Origin: Planctomycetota bacterium | Lineage (GTDB): Bacteria > Planctomycetota > B15-G4 | Reading direction: 5' to 3' | NCBI GenBank assembly: GCA_029259745.1 | Contig: JAJDEO010000041.1 | Location: 19,374-83,373, forward strand | DNA length: 64,000 nucleotides | Shown: piece after piece, positions 17,657 through 26,404 of the stretch | Layout of the letters: each line of letters begins with the position of its first letter | Position numbering within the stretch: position 1 is the stretch's first letter | Notes under the pieces: model-generated | Seen by the model: the letters and a program-made list of their open reading frames with translations, nothing else | What the model was told of the DNA's origin: nothing | Databases searched by the model: none | Translations under genes and position numbers: made by a program

Positions 17657-18499
17657 ATGTCACGACCTTCCAACCCTTGGGTTGCTCTCATCTGCCGTCG
17701 ATCTGCTGTCGAGGGCGTGCAGCGGATCGTGTCGGCCGGAATGACCGCGGGACTCACCGTCGTCCCCGTCCACCCCGACGCGGCCTACGGACAGCCTGCG
17801 CCGGCCGTCGTCCTCCCGCGGCTTCCGTCGGGCGGAAGCCTGGGCCAACTCGGAGCCTGGGCCGCCTCGGGCGTGCCGTACGTGAATGGACCGGCAGCGA
17901 TCGCGGCCGTGCACGACAAGCCCGCGGCTCTCAGGCGCCTCGCGGCGGCAGGCATTCCGGTGCCACCGACCGTCGTCGTCACGCGCGACGCAGCCGCGAG
18001 CCTCGACGAACTCCCGGGTGACCGCTTCATCGTCAAGCCGGTCCGCGGCGCCGCTGGACGCGGTGTGAGCGTCGGATGGACGCGCGCCGAGGCTCGCGAC
18101 CGCGCCGCCGCCTTCGCTGACATCTCGGGCCCCGCGCTCGTCCAGCCGCAGCTCGGCAGCGGGATCGATCGCCGCATGTTCGTCGTCGACGGGCGCATCG
18201 TCGCGACCATGGAACGCGTGCCCGCGCCCGGCGACGGACGCGCGAGCCTGCTGTACGGAGGAACGGCACGTCGCTTCGCACCCTCACAGGAAGAGCACGC
18301 GCTCGGGCTTTCCTGCGCGAGCGCGCTCTCCCTCGACATCGCCGGCGTCGACCTGCTCGTCACCGATGACGGACCGCTCGTCCTCGAAGTGAACGTATGC
18401 CCCGGCCTGAAGGGGATCGAGGCCGCCACCGGCGTGGACGTCGCGGCAGCGATTCTCGAAGCCTGCCGCTCGCGTCTCACCCACGAGACAGCGAGTTGA
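17657..18499 (+). CDS. ATP-grasp domain protein (RimK / alpha-L-glutamate ligase-like)
   Basis: It starts MSRPSNPW. The ATP-grasp core includes FIVKPVRGAAGRGVSV…LVQPQLGSGIDRRMFVVDGRIVATMER…GVDLLVTDDGPLVLEVNVCPGLKGIE. Confidence 0.7.
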   Translation: MSRPSNPWVALICRRSAVEGVQRIVSAGMTAGLTVVPVHPDAAYGQPAPAVVLPRLPSGGSLGQLGAWAASGVPYVNGPAAIAAVHDKPAALRRLAAAGIPVPPTVVVTRDAAASLDELPGDRFIVKPVRGAAGRGVSVGWTRAEARDRAAAFADISGPALVQPQLGSGIDRRMFVVDGRIVATMERVPAPGDGRASLLYGGTARRFAPSQEEHALGLSCASALSLDIAGVDLLVTDDGPLVLEVNVCPGLKGIEAATGVDVAAAILEACRSRLTHETAS

Positions 18500-18602
18500 A
18501 GGAATCGGCGTTCCGGGTCATGCTGGCCCCGCGTTCGAGGGGGGTGGGACGCACTCGTATCGGCCGCCGCACGGGGGGCCAGCGAGCGAGCGAAAGGGAC
18601 TC

Positions 18603-19364
18603 ATGACCATCACCGCGATCGTCAGCGACATCCATGGCAACCTGCCGGCGCTGGCCGCGGTGCTCGACGACGCACGCGAACGCGGTGCGAGTCGGCTCTG
18701 GTGCCTCGGCGACATCGTCGGCTACGGCGCCCATCCGCAGCAGTGCGTCGAGCTGCTGCGCGAACACTGCGCGCACATCATCAAGGGCAACCACGAGCAG
18801 GCCGCGATCGATGGCCCGTTCGGGTTCAACCCGCTCGCGGCGGCGGCGATCCGCTGGACGCAAGGCCAGTTCCTCGACGAGGCCGGACAGCCCGACGAGA
18901 CGATGCAGTTCCTCATCGAGCTCCCCGAGCGCATCGACGACGACAACGCCGTGCTCGTACACGGTTCGCCGACGCATCCTCTCGACGAGTACCTCTTCGA
19001 GCAGGACACACTCGACAACGCACGCGACCATGCGCCGAAGCTCGTCCGCTGCTTCCAGCGCATCGACCGCCCGTGCTTCGTGGGACACACGCACGTGCCC
19101 GGCGTGATCGACGCGAACTTCACCTGGACGTCGCCCGCCCAGTGCCCCGACGGTTACGACACCGAACGCCGCCCGTGCATCGTCAACGTCGGGTCGGTCG
19201 GCCAACCGCGCGACGGCGACACCCGCGCGTCGTACGTCCTCTTCGATGGTGAGGTCGTCACGTTCCGCCGCGTCGAATACGACGTCGAACGCGCCGCGAA
19301 CTCGATCTTCGCCAACGACGAGCTGCCCGACCTTCTCGGCCAACGCCTCATCGAAGGCTGGTGA
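18603..19364 (+). CDS. Metallophosphoesterase (calcineurin-like, YfcE/Icc-type)
   Basis: It carries the metallophosphoesterase motifs SDIHGN, GDIVGYG, GNHE and GHTHVPG. Confidence 0.8.
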   Translation: MTITAIVSDIHGNLPALAAVLDDARERGASRLWCLGDIVGYGAHPQQCVELLREHCAHIIKGNHEQAAIDGPFGFNPLAAAAIRWTQGQFLDEAGQPDETMQFLIELPERIDDDNAVLVHGSPTHPLDEYLFEQDTLDNARDHAPKLVRCFQRIDRPCFVGHTHVPGVIDANFTWTSPAQCPDGYDTERRPCIVNVGSVGQPRDGDTRASYVLFDGEVVTFRRVEYDVERAANSIFANDELPDLLGQRLIEGW

Positions 19365-19403
19365 CAGCGCGCACGAGCAACGAGCTCCTCGGAGGGCGTC
19401 AGC

Positions 19404-19781
19404 ATGTCGAAGGCACCAACGGTCGTGCGCACGTTCGATAGCGCCGTCTTCGCACATCTCGCGCGTGGGCGGCTCGAGTCCGAAGGCATCGAGAGCTTCA
19501 TCGTCGACGAACACCAGGTGACGAACAATCCGCTGACTGCCATCGCTGTTGGCGGGATCAAGCTCGTCGTCGCCGAGGATGACCTTCACGCGGCGCGCGA
19601 GCTTCTGGACCAACGCATCGAAGTCAGCGACACGTGCGCCGCCTGTGGGTCGACGAACATCGAACGCAACGCACGAGGCCGCCGTCTCGCTTTCTTGACG
19701 CTGATGTTCGCCCACATTCCCATCGGCCGCGCGAAGACCAAGCTCCGATGCGACGACTGCGACCACGCCTGGCGCGAGTGA
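19404..19781 (+). CDS. Hypothetical protein with a DUF2007-like N-terminal domain and a C-terminal zinc ribbon
   Basis: The 125-aa protein has an N-terminal domain resembling the putative signal-transducing DUF2007 fold. The C-terminus carries CAACGS…CDDCDHAW, a CxxC…CxxC arrangement. Confidence 0.5.
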   Translation: MSKAPTVVRTFDSAVFAHLARGRLESEGIESFIVDEHQVTNNPLTAIAVGGIKLVVAEDDLHAARELLDQRIEVSDTCAACGSTNIERNARGRRLAFLTLMFAHIPIGRAKTKLRCDDCDHAWRE

Positions 19782-19811
19782 TCGCGCACGACGGTCCGTC
19801 GATCAAACGCG

Positions 19812-21353
19812 TCAGTCGAGCGAGAGTTCGAAGCCGTTGGTCGACGTGACTCCCGTCGCTGCCGAACCGTCGGCGAGGAACGCCTGGCTGTACACGGTGA
19901 TGCCCGCAGCCGTGGGCGGAACGACGATGTCGCCCGACAGCACCCCCGTCTGCGACAGCGTGAACGGAATCGAGATAAGCCCCGTCGGTGACAGGTAGAA
20001 CGGACAGCCCTTCACGGCGAGCCCGTCGGCCGTCGCGAGATTGACGAAGAGCAGGCCGAGCGCGCCCGACGGGCCGCCCATCACCGTGTAGTCGAGCTCG
20101 CTGCCGACGTCGGGGTGTCCGACGACGTCGTGCCACGGAGCCTCGGACGAGCCAGACCCGCACGGCTCTCCGAAAGGCACACCGCGCATGTCGAAGACAA
20201 AGCCGCGTACGTTCGTCGTCGTCGATCCGATCACGACGTCGTCGCCGTCGAGGTCGATCGCCGTCATGCTCGAGACGCCCGACGCGAAACGTTGCTCCAG
20301 GCGAACTCCCTGAGTCCACGTCCCGCCTTCACGGTTGAACACGACGGTGAACGGGACGCCCGTCCCCAGCTCACGAAGTCCGCCGACCACGGCGAACTGA
20401 CCGCTCAGTGCGACGTCGCGACCGAAGTCAGCCGGCTGAGTCGCAGACTCGTCCGTGGTCAACGTCGCGACCTCCGTCCAGACCCCGGCGATCCGCTCGA
20501 AGACGAGCACGGCACCCGGCGAGCTGCTCGGCGAGCCCTTGGCACCGACGAGGATCGTCGAGTCGTGGACATCGACCGCCGAAGAGACAGCGAGGTTCGC
20601 GCCGGCCAGCAGCGGCGAGGTGAGTTCGGCCGTCTCGGCCCAACTTCCCGCGACGCGCTCGAAGACGTGCACTCGTCCTGGTCCCGCAATCGGGCCGCCC
20701 GACGCGGCCACCACCGCGACGTCCCCACGGATCGACACGCCAGCGCCCGCGAACCCGAAGTCCGTCCCGCTGCTCGGGATCAACTTCGCGACGTGATTCC
20801 ACGCGCTGCCGTCGTACTCGTAGAGATGGGCGGCACCGGCGTCGACACCGTTCGCGTTGTCGTCGTTGGGCTCGCCGACGAGCAGTCGATTGCCACTCAG
20901 GGCGATGCTGCGGCCGAAGTTTCCGAGCGGCTCGGGATCGCTCGCGTCGACGTTGCCGATCTGGGCCCAGACGCCCGCCACGCGCTCGTAGACGTAAGCG
21001 GTTCCGGCGCCCATGTTCGGCGCCCCCACGGCAACGCGCCCGACACTCGCAGCGACGTACCCGAAACCGTCGGACGGAAAGGCACTCACTCCGTTCAACG
21101 TGTCGACTCGGATCCAATCCCCCGCGATTCGTTCGAACACTTCGACCAAGGACACACTCGGTCCACCGACGAACGCCGTATCACCGGAGATGGCGACGGA
21201 CGTTCCAAGCGAGACCGCGCTGCCAGCCCCGGTGAGCAGGATCTCGTCCTGAAACTTCGTCGGTGTCACCTGTGCGAAGGCCGTCGAGGAGAGAGTCATC
21301 GCGACGAGACCCGCCGTGACGTGTCGCCGGCAAGAGCAAGAGAGAGAAACCAT
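19812..21353 (-). CDS. Secreted FG-GAP-like beta-propeller protein with a conserved C-terminal domain shared with two proteases
   Basis: The ORF-track ORF was trimmed to MVSLSCSCRRHVTAGLVAMTLSSTAFAQ (signal peptide). Repeats read VGAPxxGxGxAYVYER, FGxSIALSGNRLLVGEP and similar. The last ~100 aa (GGPSGALGLLFVNLA…GITVYSQAFLADGSAATGVTSTNGFELSLD) align with the C-termini of the proteases at 29771..32755 and 54625..56445. Confidence 0.7.
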   Translation of the reverse strand: MVSLSCSCRRHVTAGLVAMTLSSTAFAQVTPTKFQDEILLTGAGSAVSLGTSVAISGDTAFVGGPSVSLVEVFERIAGDWIRVDTLNGVSAFPSDGFGYVAASVGRVAVGAPNMGAGTAYVYERVAGVWAQIGNVDASDPEPLGNFGRSIALSGNRLLVGEPNDDNANGVDAGAAHLYEYDGSAWNHVAKLIPSSGTDFGFAGAGVSIRGDVAVVAASGGPIAGPGRVHVFERVAGSWAETAELTSPLLAGANLAVSSAVDVHDSTILVGAKGSPSSSPGAVLVFERIAGVWTEVATLTTDESATQPADFGRDVALSGQFAVVGGLRELGTGVPFTVVFNREGGTWTQGVRLEQRFASGVSSMTAIDLDGDDVVIGSTTTNVRGFVFDMRGVPFGEPCGSGSSEAPWHDVVGHPDVGSELDYTVMGGPSGALGLLFVNLATADGLAVKGCPFYLSPTGLISIPFTLSQTGVLSGDIVVPPTAAGITVYSQAFLADGSAATGVTSTNGFELSLD

Positions 21354-21440
21354 GTTGCGCTCCGTGGGGTGGGCCCACACGGAGTCTACAGGGCGTGCGC
21401 TCCGTCGAGTTGCGATCGGCGGATAGTGCCGGCATCGCGA

Positions 21441-21787
21441 CACGCGCGTGACCATGCGACGAAGCTCCTCCGCTGCTTCCAGCGCATCCACCGACCGGGC
21501 TTCGTCGGACACACGCACGTGCCCAGCGTGATCGACGAAAACTGCACGTGGACGTCGTCCGCCCAGTGCCCGGACCGGTACGGAACGGAACGCCGCCCTT
21601 GCGTCGTCAGCGTCGGTTCGGTCGGCCGACCGCGCGACAGCGACACGCCTACGTGGTACGTCCTCTTCGACGGCGAAGTCGTGACGGTTCGCTGCGTCGA
21701 ATGAAACGTCGAGCGCGCGGCCAACTCGATCTTCGCCAATGAAGAGTTCCCCGACCCCGCGGCCAACGCCTCATCGAAGGCTGGTGA
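21441..21787 (+). pseudogene. Degenerate duplicate of the 3' end of the metallophosphoesterase gene (copy of 19021..19364). It carries a frameshift and an in-frame TGA.
   Basis: It shows about 85% nucleotide identity to 19021..19364 over roughly 345 bp, with small indels. Its translation HATKLLRCFQRIHRPGFVGHTHVPSVIDENCTWTSSAQCPDRYGTERRPCVVSVGSVGRPRD… ends with a premature stop (…RCVE*). Confidence 0.75.
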
Positions 21788-21800
21788 CCGCAGGCGGACG

Positions 21801-22250
21801 TCAGACTTCGACGAACGCGGGACGAATCTCCCGAGCATAGAACGCGATGAGCGCCGGGGGCGCTGCGTCGATCTTCGCGAGCCGGCAGGCCATGTCCAAG
21901 GGCTCGCTGTGATAGGCGAGATCGGGTATCCGCGACTCGAAGGCAGTCAGGCGCGCATCGTCGATCGTGCAACGAACTTCGACCAGGCAACGCCGCACGG
22001 CGCGCCAGTACTTGGCTTTGTATGCGGAGGTCAGCTGCGTGCTGGTCATGGTCGAAGTTCAGCGGGGTGTAGCAGAGCTTGCGCGAGGTCTTCTGGGCAA
22101 CATCACGTTCGTCGGCAAACTCCCGCCCGATCTGAACATCCATACTTCCGGTGGCCCCGTCATCGCCGTCGCCGAGGTCCTGTGGCGGTTCGGACAGCGG
22201 TCGATCGGGAAACAGACCGAGGTCCGTCGTCTGGTCCGTCATCCTGAGCT
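21801..22250 (-). pseudogene. Possible small protein gene of about 146 aa split by a -1/+1 frameshift near 22050
   Basis: The N-terminal part MTDQTTDLGLFPDRPLSEPPQDLGDGDDGATGSMDVQIGREFADERDVAQKTSRKLCYTPLNFDH is non-Arg-rich and protein-like. It continues in another frame as TSTQLTSAYKAKYWRAVRRCLVEVRCTIDDARLTAFESRIPDLAYHSEPLDMACRLAKIDAAPPALIAFYAREIRPAFVEV (ORF 21801..22049). GC3 is only moderate. Confidence 0.25.
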
Positions 22251-22288
22251 CAGCGAGCTGCGGAGATATCCGCCATCGGCTGTGCGAA

Positions 22289-23806
22289 TCAGAGCGACTC
22301 GTGGACTTCGAGCGCGAGAACGCCGTCCGGAGTGGCATCGGCGCTGTCACCCTGCACGACGAGCATCGCGGCGTGGCGGCGTGCGCGTTCGATCGGGTCG
22401 GCGATGTCGGTGCGCGTGAGCGTGAGGACACCGGCCGTGTGCGCGCGGGCAAGGGCGATCGTGGCCGCGTCGTTCGTGTCGACATCCGGGCCGATGAGGA
22501 TGCGCCAGCCCGAGAGGAAGCCCGACTCGCGATCGATGAGCGCGTCGAGCGTCTCGAGATCGAGGACACCTGCCGTGAGGACCGCGCCGCCGGTGAGCAC
22601 GGGCAGGAGGTCGAGCGTCACGGCGTGTGGATCGATCTCACCGGCGTCGCAGCCGATGACATCGCCCTCGGTGTCGATCTCGACGATGCGGGCGACGACA
22701 TCGCCGATGCGCAGTCGCGGTTGGGCCGGCCAGCGCCCGGCGAGGAAGTGCGCGGCCGTCGGCGCGTCGAGCAGCTTGGCCGGTGGCGGCGGCTTGACCT
22801 TCGTGACGGGCTCGAGGTCGTCGAGCGCGCGAACGGTCTTGAACGACGCCTTGAGGAACGGCGGCCAGGGACGGCCCGAGTCGTGGCGGCGGCGCAACCA
22901 GTTCAGCGTCTCGCGATGCCCCGCGTTGCCGGTACCGATCGGCCCGTCGTCGACGGACGCGGCCACGCCACGCATCTCGCGCGCACGGTGACTGCGCGCG
23001 AGCACGGCCCCGGCGCGCGCCGCGATGTAGTTGTCGTCGGCCTTGTGCTCGAGCCGCACCTCGGCGCCGCGCCCACGCCAGGTTTCGATGGCACGCCGCA
23101 GCGTGGCCTGCCCGCCGTAGTCATCGATGACGATCTCGATGTCCGACCAATCGTCGGCATCCGTGAGCCCCGCCGACGCCATGAGGTCGCCGACGGCGCG
23201 CACGTAGACGAGGTCGAGCAGCGCGTTCTTGCTGTAGCGATCGAAGACCGGATTCGGCACGGGCAGCGCGACGAGATGCACGCCCTCGGCGCGGACCTCT
23301 TCGAGCTGACGGCCGAGACGTTCCCAGCCTGACGCGGTGCGTGAGGCCTTCGTGTCGACGCGCGCCGCGATCTTCGAGACGGCGTCGATCGCGTCCACCG
23401 GGATCATCGATCCGCCGATCACCGTGGTGCCGATCAACTCACCCGTGCCGGTTTCGTCGAGGCCGATGAGCCAGCGCGTCGTCTCGCGTTTTGCACCGAT
23501 CAACCCGCCGATTCGCGTCGGGGACGTCGGCGGCGTCTTGACCCGCACGCCGGGCACGCCCTCTTCACCCAGCGCCTCGGCGATCTGCGCCGCCAGGACA
23601 GTTCCCTCGGCATCGCCGTCCTTCACCGTGGCCACGAGCTTGTGCGACGTGTACATCGTGAAGATCGACTTCTCCGGCGTGCGCACCTCGAAGGCCACGT
23701 ACTGATTCTTCGGATTCTTCGCCAGCGCGTGTCCGCGGGCCGTGAACAGCGCGCCGATGGCGGAGGCTTGCTGCGGCGAGAGACTTCGAGAGACAGGTCG
23801 GCTCAT
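22289..23806 (-). CDS. rnhC: RNase HIII-like protein with an RNase HIII N-terminal domain, an RNase HII/HIII catalytic domain and an uncharacterised C-terminal extension of about 200 aa
   Basis: The ORF-track ORF was trimmed to MSRPVSRSL. The N-terminal domain NQYVAFEVRTPEKSIFTMYTSHKLVATVKDGDAEG matches the RNase HIII DUF3378 pattern. The catalytic motifs are LIGLDETGTGELIG (the GIDEAGRG equivalent) and HKADDNYIAARAGAVLAR. The C-terminal 200 aa has no counterpart in canonical RNase HIII. Confidence 0.6.
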   Translation of the reverse strand: MSRPVSRSLSPQQASAIGALFTARGHALAKNPKNQYVAFEVRTPEKSIFTMYTSHKLVATVKDGDAEGTVLAAQIAEALGEEGVPGVRVKTPPTSPTRIGGLIGAKRETTRWLIGLDETGTGELIGTTVIGGSMIPVDAIDAVSKIAARVDTKASRTASGWERLGRQLEEVRAEGVHLVALPVPNPVFDRYSKNALLDLVYVRAVGDLMASAGLTDADDWSDIEIVIDDYGGQATLRRAIETWRGRGAEVRLEHKADDNYIAARAGAVLARSHRAREMRGVAASVDDGPIGTGNAGHRETLNWLRRRHDSGRPWPPFLKASFKTVRALDDLEPVTKVKPPPPAKLLDAPTAAHFLAGRWPAQPRLRIGDVVARIVEIDTEGDVIGCDAGEIDPHAVTLDLLPVLTGGAVLTAGVLDLETLDALIDRESGFLSGWRILIGPDVDTNDAATIALARAHTAGVLTLTRTDIADPIERARRHAAMLVVQGDSADATPDGVLALEVHESL

Positions 23807-23872
23807 GGGGCACTGGGGATACCATGCTCGGCTCCCCCTTCCAAAGACGGCACTGCCAAAGACGACGCCCCG

Positions 23873-26296
23873 ATGATCCGCCTGCGGACCGGCAACCTCA
23901 GCACATCCACGCTCAAGGCCGTCTGGCACGAGCGCAGCCGGCCCGATCCGAACGTCGACCGCGCGCGACTCGTCGAGTGGGCGCGCGCGGGGTTCGACGA
24001 AGTCGAGGACTACGTGGCGTGGGGCGTCGTCGAGCAGCGGCCGGGGCGCTGGGACTTCACGCTGCACCACGAGAACCTCGATGCGATCGAGGCGGCCGGG
24101 ATGGAGCCGTGGATCTATCCGTGGCTGCACGTGAGTCCGCACTGGTGGACGCGCGGGGAGCTGGCCGACGACGACGCGCTGTTCGTGCCGTCGCGTTGCG
24201 CGGCGACCGGGCGCGCCGGTTACTTCCCGAGCCTGTTTGCGGAGTCGACATGGACGCGATTGGCGCGCTTCTACGCGGCTGTGAACGACGCGCTCGGCTC
24301 ACGTGTCGAAGGCATTGCGATCGCGTGGCCGACCGACTACGGCGAGGTCGGTGCGGCGTCGAACATCTCGCGCTGGCTCTTCCCGCATCGTCCCGCGGGT
24401 CCGGCCCATGGCGATGCCTTCTGGTACGGGGACGAGCCTGCGCGACGCGCGCTCGCAGACTGGATCGAGATCGAACACGGGTCGCTGGGCGCAGCGGCCG
24501 AACGCTGGGGCGTCGACGTGGCAACGCTCACGCCCGCGACCGGCAACACGCCGCCGCCTTTCCCTGTCCCCGCGCTGGCCAGCTCCGAAGCGCTGCGCAT
24601 CGACATCGCGTCGTTCGCAAGGCACGCAACGCACACGGCGCTCGAACGCATGTTCGCCCTGGCGCGCGACGTGTTCGGATCGGCGCCGCTCGAGATCAAG
24701 CTCGGGCATGCCAGCGAGTCGGTGCTGCTCGGGCGATCGATGTCGGACGTCGTCGCGATCGCCGCGCGTCACGATGTCTCGGTACGCTCGACCCACTCGG
24801 GCCAAGCGCCGCTCTTCACGAAGCACATCGCGGCGTCGTGCCGCCGTCACGGAGCACGCTTCACGACCGAAGGCCCGCGCGACGTCGCACGCGATGTGCT
24901 CGCTCGCCGCCTGCACGACGACATCTGCCACGGGTCGACGCACCTCTACGAGTTCCCCGAGCAGCTCGCCATGGTCGACATCGACGCTGTGCGCGACGCC
25001 CTCGGTACCCCCGTGCGCGGCCATACAGTCGCCGCGTTCATGCCGCACCTCGACCTCGCCTTGACGCCGGGGCTCGGTGTGCCCGAGTGTCTCGTCGTCG
25101 GACTCGAGACGCTACGTCGCGTCGTCGACTTCGACTTCATCGACGACGCGACGACGCTCGACGGAAGCACCTCCGCACTTCTGCTCTTCGACGCACGCGC
25201 CTTCGCTTCATCGACGTACAACGCGCTCGCCGCCTGGGTGCATGCCGGCGGCACGTTGATCGCTGGCACGCCGGGCGCACCGCGCGTCTGCCGTGCAGCG
25301 GACGACTCGCCGCTGACGCCGCAGGGCGAGGCGCTGCACGATGCCCTGACGCGCGACGATCCGGCACGTCGCTCGACACCGGACGGCATCGCGTCGATCG
25401 CGCCAGCCGACGTGCGACCGATCCCCGACGGTGTCGTCCGCACCCATGCTCGGCCGGGCGAGGAGCTCGACCGTTTCCTCGTCGGCGAAGGCTGGCACGG
25501 CCGCGACGACGGCGCCTTCGGTTGGCCCGACGAAGAAGGCCCCGTTCCGACCCGCTGGACGACGGGCTGCGCGCGCCTGCGGCTGCCGAAGGTCGTCGGG
25601 CCCTGCGAGTCGCGCGGCCTGCTCGTGCTCGACGCGACGATTCGTGGCCAGGCGCCGCTCACGCCCGTCGTCGTCTGGTGGAACGGCACGGCAATCGGAC
25701 GCATCGACTACCCGCGCGAGGCTCCCGGGCCCGTCGCCTTGCCCGCCGACCCGCCGCGCGCGGGACAGCCCAACCTCGTCACGTTGACGATGCCCACCAC
25801 GCGCCCGCCCGAACGCAACGGCGCACGCGACGAACGCGAGCTCGGCATCCTCGTGCGCGAGGTTCGTTGGGTTGGCCTCGAGACACCGGCCGACGACGTC
25901 GGCGGACTCGCGTCGATCCCGGGCTTCACGGTTCGCGAGCGTGCCACCGAGCGTCCCACCGAAGCCCCCGCCGACACGACACGCGCGTTCGGCAAGGGCA
26001 CGGTGATCGTCGGCGACACCACACCCGCCGGCGCCCTCGACGGTCTGCGCACCTGGCTCGCCGAGCACACGAACACGCCCACGCCCGCGAACACGATCCT
26101 CGTCCGCGACCTCGACGAAACGTGCCTCGTCACGGCACTGCGCGACGGCCTCATCGTCTTCAACCCGTCACGCGTCCCGACGACGCCACGCCTCGTCATC
26201 CATCCCCACCACGTCGCCGACATCCCGCAGGGGACGCTGCCGACGATCGAGACGATCCCCGGTCACACGACGCGGTTCGTGCCCTGGGCGAGCTGA
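23873..26296 (+). CDS. Glycoside hydrolase, GH42-like (beta-galactosidase-type TIM barrel with a trimerisation-like domain). It has no signal peptide.
   Basis: It starts MIRLRTG. The N-terminus DEVEDYVAWGVVEQRPGRWDFTLHHENLDAIEAAGMEPWIY fits the GH42 pattern WxxxEPxxGxxDF…D. A central class-I glutamine-amidotransferase-like region reads LLLFDARAF…WVHAGGTLIAG. Confidence 0.5.
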   Translation: MIRLRTGNLSTSTLKAVWHERSRPDPNVDRARLVEWARAGFDEVEDYVAWGVVEQRPGRWDFTLHHENLDAIEAAGMEPWIYPWLHVSPHWWTRGELADDDALFVPSRCAATGRAGYFPSLFAESTWTRLARFYAAVNDALGSRVEGIAIAWPTDYGEVGAASNISRWLFPHRPAGPAHGDAFWYGDEPARRALADWIEIEHGSLGAAAERWGVDVATLTPATGNTPPPFPVPALASSEALRIDIASFARHATHTALERMFALARDVFGSAPLEIKLGHASESVLLGRSMSDVVAIAARHDVSVRSTHSGQAPLFTKHIAASCRRHGARFTTEGPRDVARDVLARRLHDDICHGSTHLYEFPEQLAMVDIDAVRDALGTPVRGHTVAAFMPHLDLALTPGLGVPECLVVGLETLRRVVDFDFIDDATTLDGSTSALLLFDARAFASSTYNALAAWVHAGGTLIAGTPGAPRVCRAADDSPLTPQGEALHDALTRDDPARRSTPDGIASIAPADVRPIPDGVVRTHARPGEELDRFLVGEGWHGRDDGAFGWPDEEGPVPTRWTTGCARLRLPKVVGPCESRGLLVLDATIRGQAPLTPVVVWWNGTAIGRIDYPREAPGPVALPADPPRAGQPNLVTLTMPTTRPPERNGARDERELGILVREVRWVGLETPADDVGGLASIPGFTVRERATERPTEAPADTTRAFGKGTVIVGDTTPAGALDGLRTWLAEHTNTPTPANTILVRDLDETCLVTALRDGLIVFNPSRVPTTPRLVIHPHHVADIPQGTLPTIETIPGHTTRFVPWAS

Positions 26297-26404
26297 CGCG
26301 CGCGTCGACGAGGTGCCCGTCACCACCGACTCGGCGCTTCCTTGGATGCTCGACGTCGCCCGGAACGCGTCGTCCTCGTGACGCTTCCTGAAGCGACTCC
26401 AACG

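Noticed and set aside
23807-24142. Arg-rich N-terminal extensions on several ORF-track ORFs (22289..24142, 26405..28486, 13662..15356, 49044..50627, 52799..54553, 2445..3986, 34378..35733)
   Set aside because: The extensions lack protein-like composition, run into neighbouring genes, and have internal starts with signal peptides, SD motifs or stop/start overlaps. I trimmed the CDSs accordingly.
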